From Conidiobolus incongruus B7586 (lineage: Eukaryota), in contig JNEM01012871.1 in NCBI GenBank assembly GCA_000697335.1, positions 1-43,325 on the forward strand: a stretch of 43,325 nt of DNA, given 5' to 3'. Of the stretch, positions 12,546 through 24,071 are shown piece by piece. Position numbers and translations under genes: made by a program. A model generated the notes under the pieces. The model ran no database searches, was not told the DNA's origin, and was given only the letters and a program-made list of their open reading frames with translations. Each line of letters begins with the position of its first letter. The stretch's first letter is position 1.

Positions 12546-13390
12546 GTAGTTTATCTTGTTATCAATTAAGATGGTAGAATATAATGGGCTCTCTTACTAT
12601 TTTTATTAATTATGTTTAATTTTTAAAACTTAAAATAATTTCATTTTAATTGCTATATTAATCAAAAAAATATTATTCTATATATTGATTTACAAATTAA
12701 AATAAAATATAAATTACACTTCTCTTATATATGATAAATATAATATAATACATAAATTAATTTTAATAGCTTTATTTATCTTATAATATAACCAAATTTA
12801 TTCAATCTTTTCTATATCTTTGAACTATAGTTAGTGTTTATTCTGATGAAATTTTGGAATAATTAGCTTATTTCAATACCTGTTATATTTAATTCTTAAG
12901 AAAATAATGTTATAAAAATATTGATTTTTATAGTAATAAGATGAATAATTAAGATATAAATCTCTATGTTAAAATTAAAAGCATTTATAATGTATATCCT
13001 TATGGTTTATAAATTATTTAGCATAAATATTAATATATTCAAAATCAAGAATTTTAAAGATCAAATTTCAGAAAATTCTACTAATTTGAAATTAATTTTA
13101 AATAAATTAATATATTAGAAACTCGAATTGATTGAGTTTTAACATTTTTTAAATAGAAATTGATGATCGTATAAAATAAGAGTTGAATTCCGTTAAATAT
13201 AAATTGAAATAAGTATATATTGGTTAATTCATATCAATTTAATGTCTGTGATGGAAGTTTATTGAATGTAGAATGGCTAAGCCATAACTATAATTAATCG
13301 CTTTAATATAAATAATCTGCATAATATAAGTAAAATTGTAAACAGCATTATTTTATAATTTTTAATATTTTACTCTAATAAAATTAAAAG

Positions 13391-14812
13391 ATGATATTAT
13401 TGAAAAAATATGTAATATTATTAAGCTTATTAATAAGTAATATTAATTGTGTGAGAGCTAGTATACCACCAATTCCTTTTAGCTTAAAAAGTATAATATC
13501 TGAGAGTGCCCCAATTTTCTTCAATCAAACTTTAGATCATAACAACCCATCAAATGGAGCTAGATTCAGTCAGAGATACTATGTTAATTCAGATTATTAC
13601 AAATTGGGAGGTCCTGCATTTCTGTACATCAGCGGAGAAAATGAACTCAATCCATCTTCAATCACTTCAGGATTGGTAGCGACATTGGCCAAAAAGTTTG
13701 GGGGAATCGTATTCGGATTGGAGCATCGATTCTACGGCAAGAGCCAGCCTTTCAACAGTTTGACAGCTGATAACCTGTTATACTTAACATCGGATCAGGC
13801 ATTATCAGATTTGGTTAACTTTGTTAAAAACATAGTTAATCCAACTACTAAACAGCCATTCGATTCCAGCACAAAGTGGATAACCATTGGTGGAAGTTAT
13901 GCTGGCAATCTGTCTGCTTGGGCCAGAATGATGTACCCAGATATTTTTTTCGGAGCGTTAGCATCTTCAGCACCTCTGAAAGTAAAAGAAGATTTCTTTG
14001 AATATGATGAAGAAGTTCAAAAGGCAATAGGTTCCGAGTGTCTTCCATTAATTAAACTAGTCACCGACTTAGTTGAAGCTATTGTTCTATCGGAAGATCA
14101 ACAGAAAATCCAAAATTTAAAGAAAATGCTAACTTGCGAAGAAATTGATGATCCTATACTCCTTTTGTATACTTTTTCAGATTTAGTATCAAATATCGTT
14201 CAATATAGTAATCCAAGTATGCCAAACAATATTCAAAGTATGTGTGAAGGTTTCAAAAATGTCCAAGGGCCCGAGGAGCTATTGAACTATTTTAGCGGTG
14301 TATTCAAAAAAGAGTTGGAAAAGATAGGCAAAACTTGTTATCAGTTTACATCATATGAAAGTTTGGTCTCCCTGATACCCTCTGAAATGCGATCATTCCG
14401 CCAATGGACTTATCAGTGCTGCACAGAGTTTGGATATTGGCAAACTGCACCCCACAAGCCAGGCCAAAAATCCCTGCGTTCAAGTTTACTCACCAAGGAA
14501 TGGTTCAAAAAATTTTATTGTGGCCCCAAGGTCTTTGGGAAGAAAGTGGGCCCTTCCAATACCAAGCAAATTCGGCAGAGATATATTGAAAATGGGACAA
14601 TGCCTAGGATCATATTTTCTAATGGGGAGGACGATCCTTGGAAAGCATTATCGGTTACTAAGCGTACTAGATCTAACTTGGATCAACCTGTTTATATCAT
14701 TGAAGGTGGGAGTCATGTAACTGATCTTGGTCCAGATTATCCTAAAGATTCGGAGAGTTTAAAAAATGTAAGAAGTAGTATAATTGCAGATATCGAACGA
14801 TGGGTGTCTTAA
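13391..14812 (+). CDS. Secreted serine peptidase, family S28 (prolylcarboxypeptidase/PRSS16-like)
   Basis: Hydrophobic signal peptide; FNQTLDH, FSQRYYVN, LEHRFYGKS and LTSDQALSD motifs. Nucleophile GGSYAG, WTYQCCTEFG, catalytic Asp (NGEDDPW) and His (GSHVTDL). Confidence 0.93.
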   Translation: MILLKKYVILLSLLISNINCVRASIPPIPFSLKSIISESAPIFFNQTLDHNNPSNGARFSQRYYVNSDYYKLGGPAFLYISGENELNPSSITSGLVATLAKKFGGIVFGLEHRFYGKSQPFNSLTADNLLYLTSDQALSDLVNFVKNIVNPTTKQPFDSSTKWITIGGSYAGNLSAWARMMYPDIFFGALASSAPLKVKEDFFEYDEEVQKAIGSECLPLIKLVTDLVEAIVLSEDQQKIQNLKKMLTCEEIDDPILLLYTFSDLVSNIVQYSNPSMPNNIQSMCEGFKNVQGPEELLNYFSGVFKKELEKIGKTCYQFTSYESLVSLIPSEMRSFRQWTYQCCTEFGYWQTAPHKPGQKSLRSSLLTKEWFKKFYCGPKVFGKKVGPSNTKQIRQRYIENGTMPRIIFSNGEDDPWKALSVTKRTRSNLDQPVYIIEGGSHVTDLGPDYPKDSESLKNVRSSIIADIERWVS

Positions 14813-15752
14813 AGTGAATGTTAAAATATTTTTAATATATATTTTTGAATTATTAAAAATAAACTATCAAATAATAATCTATTTATTCTGTTATATAATT
14901 AATAATCTGAATATAAAAATAATATAATTTTCAAATTTATACTTTTTCTAGTATTTTAGAATTTTTTTTCTTATTTTACCAATTTATTGATTGAATAATT
15001 TATTAGCACAAAGGATATGAATCATATTTATGATTTGAATTTTAGATATTTCATATTACTTTCCTACAAATAATTAGAGATATATAATACTAAATTCAAT
15101 TCAATGCTCTTTTTCTTATGTATTATATATAATATATTTCTTTAGCACTTATATGATTATATTCCTATTATGTATTAATTTTCTTTTATAAAATATGGAC
15201 AACCTTTATACAAATAATCGAATTTAATCACTCTCTGTGTTTGTAATTTCATATAGTCTTAATAAATTATTTATTTGATTCAAGTAATAATCAAAAAATC
15301 ATTTATTTTAAATTTTAAAAGAAAAAAAATTAATAAGTTCGAAATAACTCAAGCATCAAATTTTTTTTAAATATTCACTGTGTTGTTAATTTGTAAGTAT
15401 TCATATCAATTTTGATAATAGTTAAAAAAATGTAATAATTTGATATATGGTGGAAGAATTTTAAATCAAAATTGAATTTGAACGGTTTATAACAAAAATA
15501 CACATTGATTTTTTTTTCACTATTTCACATATATTTTAGAATATATGAAATAGAAATCAAATGATGGATAAATTCCCTATATCATTCAAAAATATTAGTA
15601 AATTAAAGAATAGATACTCTCAAGGAATAGTTTGAACAATATAAAATAATAAACCTAACAATATAGTGTATTATTATTAAATGATATTTTACTTATGTTT
15701 CATATATATAGTTTGTAAAAGTAACACGTTAGAGCGATTGATTCAAATTGAT

Positions 15753-17098
15753 CTAAAGTTCTTCATCTTCAGCATCGTCATCCTTCTTAGAATCTTCCTT
15801 ATCTTTGGATTCTTCGTCGACTTCTTCACCCTCTTCAGCTTTCTTGGCCTTTTCTTCTTCTTCGGCCTTCTTACGTTCTTCTTCAGCCTTCTTTTCAGCT
15901 TCTTCGTCAGCCTTCTTCTTGGCTTCCTTTTCAGCGGCTTGCTTGACGACAAAATTCTTTTCAGAGAATTCCTTGGCGTATTTAACGTCGTCTGTTATGA
16001 GGATATCATCGAAGATAGAGCCGGATTTGACTTGCCAGAGATCGAAACCGATATAATTGGAGGTGTATTTACCAATAGACTTATCTTCCTTGTATTCAGG
16101 GTTGGGAATCTTCCTGGGAGCCCATTCACCCTTGTATTCTGGATTGGTAATTTGCTTGGGAGCCCATTCACCCTTGTAATCGGGGTTGGGAATAAGAGGA
16201 GCTTCCCATTCACCATCAGCATCATCGTCCCAGTCTTCAGGCTTCTTGGCATCGGGATCAACGATAGTTTCAGGACCATCAACCCAGTCGTCGGGCTTCT
16301 TGTCTTCGGGATCAGGAATGAATTGATCTTCAACCCAGTCTTCGGGCTTCTTGTCTTCGGGATCGTCGATTTCCTTAGGGGGAAGAACGGTCCAGTCGTC
16401 GGTAATGTTACCAGAAACAGATTCTTCATTGTCAACTAAGATCTTATAGGTTTGATCGGGGTGGATGATCAAAGTGTATTGGTGAGAGAAAGAATCATCA
16501 GGTACATCGACGTGCTTAGTGATAAGGTGGTTTTTATCCTTGTAGTTGAGAATAGCATGAACCTTACGGTCAGAACCACAAATATCAGGCTAAAAAGGTG
16601 GATAAATAAATCTATATTATAATAATCAATATGTAATAAACTGATACTTACACCAAACATGATATTATACTTGGAATCATCTTTGAATTTTTTCTGATCA
16701 AGTTCTTCCAAAATCTATTCACAAGACAAAAGTTATAGTTAAGTTACAACATGGTAGTATGATGTATTTACCTTAACGTAACCACCACCACATTCAACAG
16801 ACTTTTCAAACTTGGCAGAGAATTGAACAACTAAGTCCTTGTCAGAGTTATCAAGGGGAGAGTCGAAAGGAGCAGAAATAGAGTAGAAGCGAGCATCTTC
16901 AGAGGTCTGTAAACCTTGAGAAGCTTCCTTATCGCCATAGTATTCACCAGAGGATAATCGGAATTTACCATAGTCTTCCTTAGCTTCAGATTGAACCCAC
17001 TTCTTGGGGATACTGTCGCCAGAGAAAGTTTCTTCAAAGTATACTTTACCAGAGACGGCAGATAATAATAAGGCAGAGATGAAGGATAATTTGTTCAT
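15753..17098 (-). CDS. CALR: Calreticulin (soluble ER lectin chaperone), 3 exons, ~408 aa
   Basis: Exons 17098-16772, 16714-16652 and 16589-15753. Signal peptide, VYFEETF, GLQTSEDARFY, CGGGYVK, YNIMFGPDICG, P-domain repeats (DPEDKKPEDW, GEWAP..I.NP.YKG) and GFDLWQVKSGSIFD. Acidic/Lys-rich tail ending DEEL; no transmembrane segment, so not calnexin. Confidence 0.95.
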
Positions 17099-17311
17099 TA
17101 TTATATAAATGACAATGTTAGTCAAATATTATAAAATTAGGAGATGAATCGAGCGCGAAGTAGGTGACTTGGTTTGATTATATATTCCAATAAATGTGAA
17201 AATTCCAATGTTCATTGATCCCAGTTCAATTCACATTTTTTAGAATCTACCAATGATATGTGGACATGTAAAATTCGACACAAACCATCAATTAATTTGT
17301 TCTATTGAAAT

Positions 17312-17326
17312 TGAAAATTCTAGAAA
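17312..17326. promoter_or_regulatory. Candidate heat-shock element (nGAAnnTTCnnGAAn) upstream of calreticulin
   Basis: tGAAaaTTCtaGAAa, a perfect three-unit HSE about 215 nt upstream of the calreticulin ATG. A chance occurrence in AT-rich DNA is not excluded. Confidence 0.3.
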
Positions 17327-19411
17327 ATCAAGGTAGTTATTTATTTAAACATTGACCATATGATTAATTTCATTATATTATCAATATTAATTATTAATAA
17401 GGTATTGAATATATCATTTTCAATATAATTTTTATATTATTGCTCAGTTAATCCAAACATTTGGACTATTGAACTATTTTCAAAACCATAAATTTACATG
17501 GAAAATATATCGAATTTATAATTTTAAATTGAATCAAATTAAAACACTTATGTTAATCAATACCCCAATCCAGTTATTAATCCACAAGATAAGCTAAAAT
17601 AATACTTACAGTTTAATAACACTATTAAATTTCATTTTAATAATTTATTAAAAATTTTTTAAATATTTTGATTTATGAATAATATGGTATTTATTTGGAA
17701 ACTATCTACTTATTATTAATATTAATATCAAAATTTAGCTGAAGTTTGAAAAATTAACTATATCACACGTTACAAATATCATAACAAAGTTTAACTATGA
17801 CAAAACTCAAAAAGAACATACAAAGTCCCACCAATTATTCGTTAAAATGTGGAAGAGGTTGTAACCGAAAGAAAAAAAGTCAAATTATTAATGGCACTTT
17901 AATTTTTACATGGCATCAAGTTATTTACATTTTTCCATTTTAATGATATTTTAAATTTGAATATAGTTCAACAATTTAATCACAATAAAAAAATTTAGTT
18001 TGTTTTACGCTTAGATGTTAATTAATTATATCCAATAATATTTTCAAGCGTCACCTTCTTGGATCAAAATATAACTACTGTGTAACGAATAATGGTGAAT
18101 GGGAATTTATAATAACAATTAACTTGAAATTTGATCTAACCTTTGTCCAAGTGTAATTGGTTGATAATTTTATATTGCTCTGAGGATTAAATTTTAACTG
18201 ACACATTCGAACGAATATTATGTTTCAAAGTTATTTATCAATCTTAAGTAACATATAGGGATAAACTGATGTTGTAAGTATCGATTTATTAAAGTTAATT
18301 TATATAAATTTTTATCTTTATGTTAATTTAATTTTCTAAAATGTAATTTATTAGTATTCAAATTTTAATTTTGCAGATAATTTTCAATTATCAATACTTA
18401 TAAATAAAAAAAATAATAAATACAATTTAAATCATAAACATATTGAAAGTCTAGTTTTATATACAAATCAATATTTTCTCCTTTTTGGTCAATAATTAGA
18501 TTATTACTATGCAATATTTCAATTTTTAACTGAATATTAAAGTTAAAATGTTTGATTTTGATAATTGATTTAAATAATAAATGGATCAAAAGCAGCTTAG
18601 CTATCATTATTATTATAATGACTATATAAATATTGATAACATTTGATCAAAATTTCATGCTGGTTTAATTACAATTATGATCTTTAAATAACAATATGTC
18701 TAGACAAATGATATTTTTTTACAAAAATAATGGTAATAAAGGATTCAAAAATATAAATAATTTTGTATGTTAATTTTCATTCTCAATATATCATTAAATC
18801 TTTCAAATTATAGTGAATTTTAAAATAATATTACCCTGAGAGATAGCGAATGAATAAATAAATAAAGGTTATATTACGAATTGATGATTATAAACTTTGA
18901 AAGTATATTGTATAGTTAATATAGAAAATGATGGAAACAGTATCAAGGTATTTAAAATTAGTGTAAATATTTATACGCTAGTTTATATTGTAAACCGGAA
19001 AATTTCCTAACTAAAAGGCAAGTATAGTTAAACATATGTTTAAAGTGTTTAGCATAGTATTGATACATAATATAACAACATTTATTTATTGATATTTATG
19101 ATAAAATAAGATTGTGACGTGGCTCAAATTTGAAAATCATGAAGGATTGATCCCATAATTTCCATTAATTGACTTTATTAAACAAATTATAATATAAATT
19201 TAGGTGAATGAAAAATTACCAAATCAAAAATATAAATTAATTAAAATATATCTACAATATCAATATAAAAATAGATAATTTCAATTCAATTCAAATAACT
19301 GATTATCTATTATTATTACTAAATTAGCACCAGTATAGTATTTTTTTTCACATATATATCAAATTGTGTTTGAAGAAAAATTTGGATCCGATCATTAAAT
19401 AAGCTATCAAA

Positions 19412-19943
19412 ATGAAATTGGTTAGGTAAACTTTAATTTAAGCATTATTTTAACAATGTTTAATGTTAACCATTTATTTTTAATTTTTATTAGATTTTTA
19501 ATGAAACTTAGTAATGAAGTAGTTACTATCGAATTAAAAAATGGTACCAATGTCAACGGAACTATAACAGGTAAACAAAATTTATTACTTGTAATAATGT
19601 GAATTGATACTAATTTTTGAACAGGTGTCGATATGAGCATGAATACTCATTTAAAAAATGTTAAAATGACTGTTAAAAATAAAGACCCTATCAGTTTAGA
19701 CTCTTTAAGTATTCGAGGCAATAATATTCGTTATTATATTTTACCTGATAGTTTACCCCTCGATACTTTATTGGTGGATGATACTCCTAAGACTAAGGCT
19801 AAAAAGAAAGATGGTAATTTATTAGTAAATTTAATTTTTGTATTGATATTAATTATAATTTTTTAGCTGCTCTTGGTAGAGGTAGAGGTAGAGGAATTCG
19901 TGGAAGAGGTAGAGGTCGTGGTCGCGGTAGAGGTGGTCGTTAA
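19412..19943 (+). CDS. SMD1: Small nuclear ribonucleoprotein Sm D1, 4 exons, 118 aa
   Basis: Exons 19412-19425, 19494-19570, 19625-19813 and 19867-19943 give [23 protein letters not shown]...[11 protein letters not shown]...[26 protein letters not shown] followed by a GR-repeat tail. Confidence 0.96.
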
Positions 19944-20334
19944 TGCATTATTAAATTTTATATTTTTATATCATAATTCAATATACATTTACTCTTTTAA
20001 AATATTTTTAATTAGTTGTTATTCTAAGTATTTAAATTATACTAAATCTTTTTATATTTTATAAATTATAATTATATTAATTATCTTAGATCTTGACTTT
20101 TTTCCATTCTTATAATTTTATCATAACTAAATATTGCAAAATATTTTATACGTTCAATTTGAGTGAAAAATATAATTTTTATCTTAAAATTTTCATATTT
20201 TTGATTTAGTTGACATTTTAACAGAAAATTCTCATATAGTTTCATTCTATCTATTCAAATTATTTTTTTTCGATTTAATCATAATAGAGAGTACCAAATA
20301 AAATATTCAATAAAATAAATAAGCATTTATTCTA

Positions 20335-22521
20335 CTATAGTCCAATAAAATAGTGATGACCTTGAATGTTATGAATCAAATTTGGTCCTAATTGATTCTC
20401 AGTATGGACACTCCATTCATACCATACTTTTTTATCTTCTCCATATCTCCAAATGTTTACTACCAATTGTTCACCTTGACGAACCATCAAAGGATATCTA
20501 ATTGGGAAAAATAGGGGGAACCAACTGAACATACCAGGGGAGTGGGTCTGGGGATTGATTGAAATAGTCACGTCTTTATATAGAGTGGCTTCAAAGTAAC
20601 CTGCTAAGCCGTGAACAATTCCGTCAACTGGAATCTTAAAAGTGACTTGGGAATGGCGACAGTTGTGGAGATTGGAATGAGGCTGAGCTTCAGGATTAGG
20701 ATGTGAAAATTTCCACACGTATTCAGGGTCAGCCAATTGATACACTGCTTGAAACATGACAACGTAAGGTGAGTGAAATTTAGCCTCCTCTTGATAGCTT
20801 TGAACATTATTGTACAGCTTTGTAGATGATAAGGGGGCCAAATATGAGGTATAATCACTTGGAATGGAAATCCCATCCGGTTTAAGGCATCTTTGAACAC
20901 CATCGAGGCATTCTGGACTGAGTTCATTATCTCCAAAACTACCTAACAATTCGCTTACAATAATGTCAGCTAGTTCGGTAGATTGATAATTGCGCATATC
21001 TCCAAGGAAAATTTCCACACGATCATGCCATTCTGTTGCTTTTTTATGCTGTAAGGTAATAAATGCATTAGGGTTTTTTTCAACAGCCAATATTTTAACT
21101 GTCCTATTTATGAGGTTGGCAGCCCTTAAACTACAATCAACGAGAGGACCACGACCAGCCCCGACAACCATAATAAAAGTGGAACAATCGCTAGGACGAT
21201 CTTGAAGTGCACGATAGACAGCTTGCTCATATTGACTATATTTTACAGGATCCTGTTCGAATACCTGATAAGTTGAAGATTCCAAATGATGCATAAGGGG
21301 CTGTAAGGGGGCTTGTAAATAATCTTGGTAACCATCAGCGAAATCGTCAATTTCTTGATTTTCTTCTAATAAATAATTTTTACTGAATGATGTAGCTCCA
21401 CTGGATTTGGAGAATAAAAATCTTAAATATTTGTTGTAGCTGGATATTCTTTCATCTCCGGTGTGATTAGGATGGGCTTTTTCATAGTCTGATGCCGATA
21501 TCAAATATTTGGGATTGAGCTATACGAGAGCTAGATTAGAATATGATGACAGCTGTAATAAGCTTAAAGTGCTTACTTTTAATGTACTAGCGATGTGTTG
21601 CTGGTCAGAGGTAGACAAAACTGGGAAACCTTTTTTATTAGGGATAAAGCGAGTAGTAGGAATAATTATCAATTTGATAGGCTCTGCAATCCATTGACTG
21701 AAGTTATTTAATTGAATGGTTGGATCAGAGGGCAATATTAATGCTATATTTTATAGTTTGTTAATAATTTAGTAAATTAGTGAAATAAATAGACTACCTA
21801 TGTAAATATAAGGATTGTGATTACAAATATATCTCAATTGATTCCAAAGATTCCAAGCATTAGGTACTTGTAAATCAACAGGAACTACAATCTATAATGA
21901 ATAAATTAATATAATTAAAATAATATTAAAAATATAATATTACTTTTGTATAATTAGCTTTTAACAGTAATTGATTTAAATTAAACCCATATAAATTTAA
22001 ATCAATATCATTATTTAAAGTAGGCATTAAAAAATAATTTAAACTTAAATGATTACACCATTCAAATTCTTTATTAATTAACTATACAAATTATATTGAT
22101 TAATATAAAATATCATGACAATATATTGATTTGATCATTACCAATTTTTCAAATAACCAGCGTTGATCACTTTCGACATTATTCTTATTTGATTTTTTAA
22201 ATTGAATTAATTCGCTGCATTTAACTGAATAAAAGCTGGAATATTCTATATTAAAAATTTATTTATTATCACTTTTGATACATTACCAATTTAATAAAAA
22301 TAATTACCTGCAGTCGTCAAAAATAAATCATTTAAATCCCAGCTATTGGTCTCCAACTGATTTAAATCATAGTCTATATTTTTTGATAGATAACTTAAAC
22401 ACAAGTTATATCCTTCCCTTTGAACTGATTCACATAAATAATAAATATCTGAGGGATAGTCGCTGATATCATTAGGTTGATAATAATAACCAATGGGAAT
22501 GGATTTAAAATCTTTTTTCAT
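20335..22521 (-). CDS. PRMT5: Protein arginine N-methyltransferase 5 (PRMT5/Skb1/Hsl7), 6 exons, ~633 aa
   Basis: Exons 22521-22308, 22245-22142, 22081-21944, 21891-21798, 21743-21577 and 21519-20335 form one frame. Motifs DYLQAPLQPL, TYQVFEQDPVKY, VVGAGRGPLV, AVEKNPNA, SELLGSFGDNELSPECL and GMFSWFP. The N-terminal TIM-barrel part includes FIPNKKGFPVLS. Confidence 0.95.
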
Positions 22522-24071
22522 ATCGTCTAATATAAAATTAATTTCAATATATTTTTATTGATCTATGTGCTTTCGAATGGTAATTGATGAAAATTTGATC
22601 GTTCACCCTTTTTTAAGGTAATCTAATAGGATAAATATCAATTTAAATTTTATGGGATTTTTATTTGCATTTTAACTCTTAATTGAATATTTGTGCAAAG
22701 ATATAAAATGTATAACTAAAATAATTGATCATTAATACTGTTAAGTATATGTTTATAATATTTTTACAAATTGAAAAACTTAACATCATTACTCGAATTA
22801 TTATTTTGCATATATATATGCATTAATCAACTTCTTTATTAATTATTTACTTCTTTGGATATATATAAGATTGATTAATAAAATAAAACAATCAAGTAAA
22901 TTTTGATATTAATTTGGTATCGTTTTTTCCACAAAATTTAATAATTTTAATAATTGATCCCAAAAATTATATTTATAAACTCTTATAAAATGATTGTTAT
23001 TTACTTTTTACAATTTGCCTTTATATTACACTTTTAACTTATAATGATGCATTCAAATCATGATATAGGATACTTCAATATTACATCATATAGTATGTGA
23101 AAGCAAAATTATTGATAGACTATTTAAAATAATAATTTATAGGAAATATTTGTAAGTATAATATATAATAATAATTTTAAATTAAATTTACTAAAAAACA
23201 TTGTGATTTGATGGTTATTTAATTATGATGAAAATATTTTTATTAATAACTATTATTTTATAATCAATGCAATCAATTTCTTTATATTCTAATAATTAAA
23301 TCAATAACTTTTATGTTATTCAAATAAACCTTTGCTGAATATTGATGATATCTTAATTATTCCAATATTTTTTATGAAATCATTCTATTTTTGATGAATG
23401 AGACTGTTGATTTGTATAAATATTATATATTAAGGGATGATTATAAGCTTTTTAATATTAATAGATATTTTTTAGTAAATGATTTTTCATTACAAAATAT
23501 ATATTATAGCCTGGATAATTGATAAAATATTGGTTTCAAAATATAAGAATTTATATACTCTATTTAGTTATAACCAGAATATATTTAACTTAATCCAGAT
23601 TTCAGTATTCAAGTATTTGGAAGGTTGAAATATATCTAATTTAAGAAACTGAAATATTCGTATCGATAATATATACCAAATTAAGAAATTACTTTGTAAA
23701 CAAATTCCAGGTCTTCAAAATCATTACCAATTATATGATTATGGGATTATTAAGCTAATTCTAGTCATAATTTAACATATAAAAATATTGATTACGCAAA
23801 CATTGAAACTTCAAATTTACCATTTCCATTTAAACAATTTCTAAATTCATTAATATAATCATTGCTTCTTATTGAATTTATTAATTCCATTACTATAACA
23901 AATATTTAATCATCTCTTATTCGGTTTCAATTTCATTGCTCTGGATACCAACCTATATAAGATCATTGTAAATATTTATTATTTTTTCGATTTTACTTTA
24001 AGTCACTAATTTTGTTCTACTTAGGTTTATTAATCAAAAACTCTCTAACATAAATAACTATAATTTAAAAT

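Noticed and set aside
15681..16439. 252-aa hydrophobic ORF on + strand
   Set aside because: Antisense shadow of the Lys/Glu/Asp-rich calreticulin exon; its Phe/Leu richness follows from the complementary codons.
17798..18160. Fragments vaguely resembling an HSF DNA-binding domain (FVKMWK, FNHNK, NGEWEF)
   Set aside because: Scattered over several frames with many stops; the similarity is too weak to separate from chance without a profile search.
19115..19122. TGACGTGG (UPRE/CRE-like) between calreticulin and SMD1
   Set aside because: A single 8-mer about 2 kb from calreticulin and closer to SMD1; it cannot be assigned a function.
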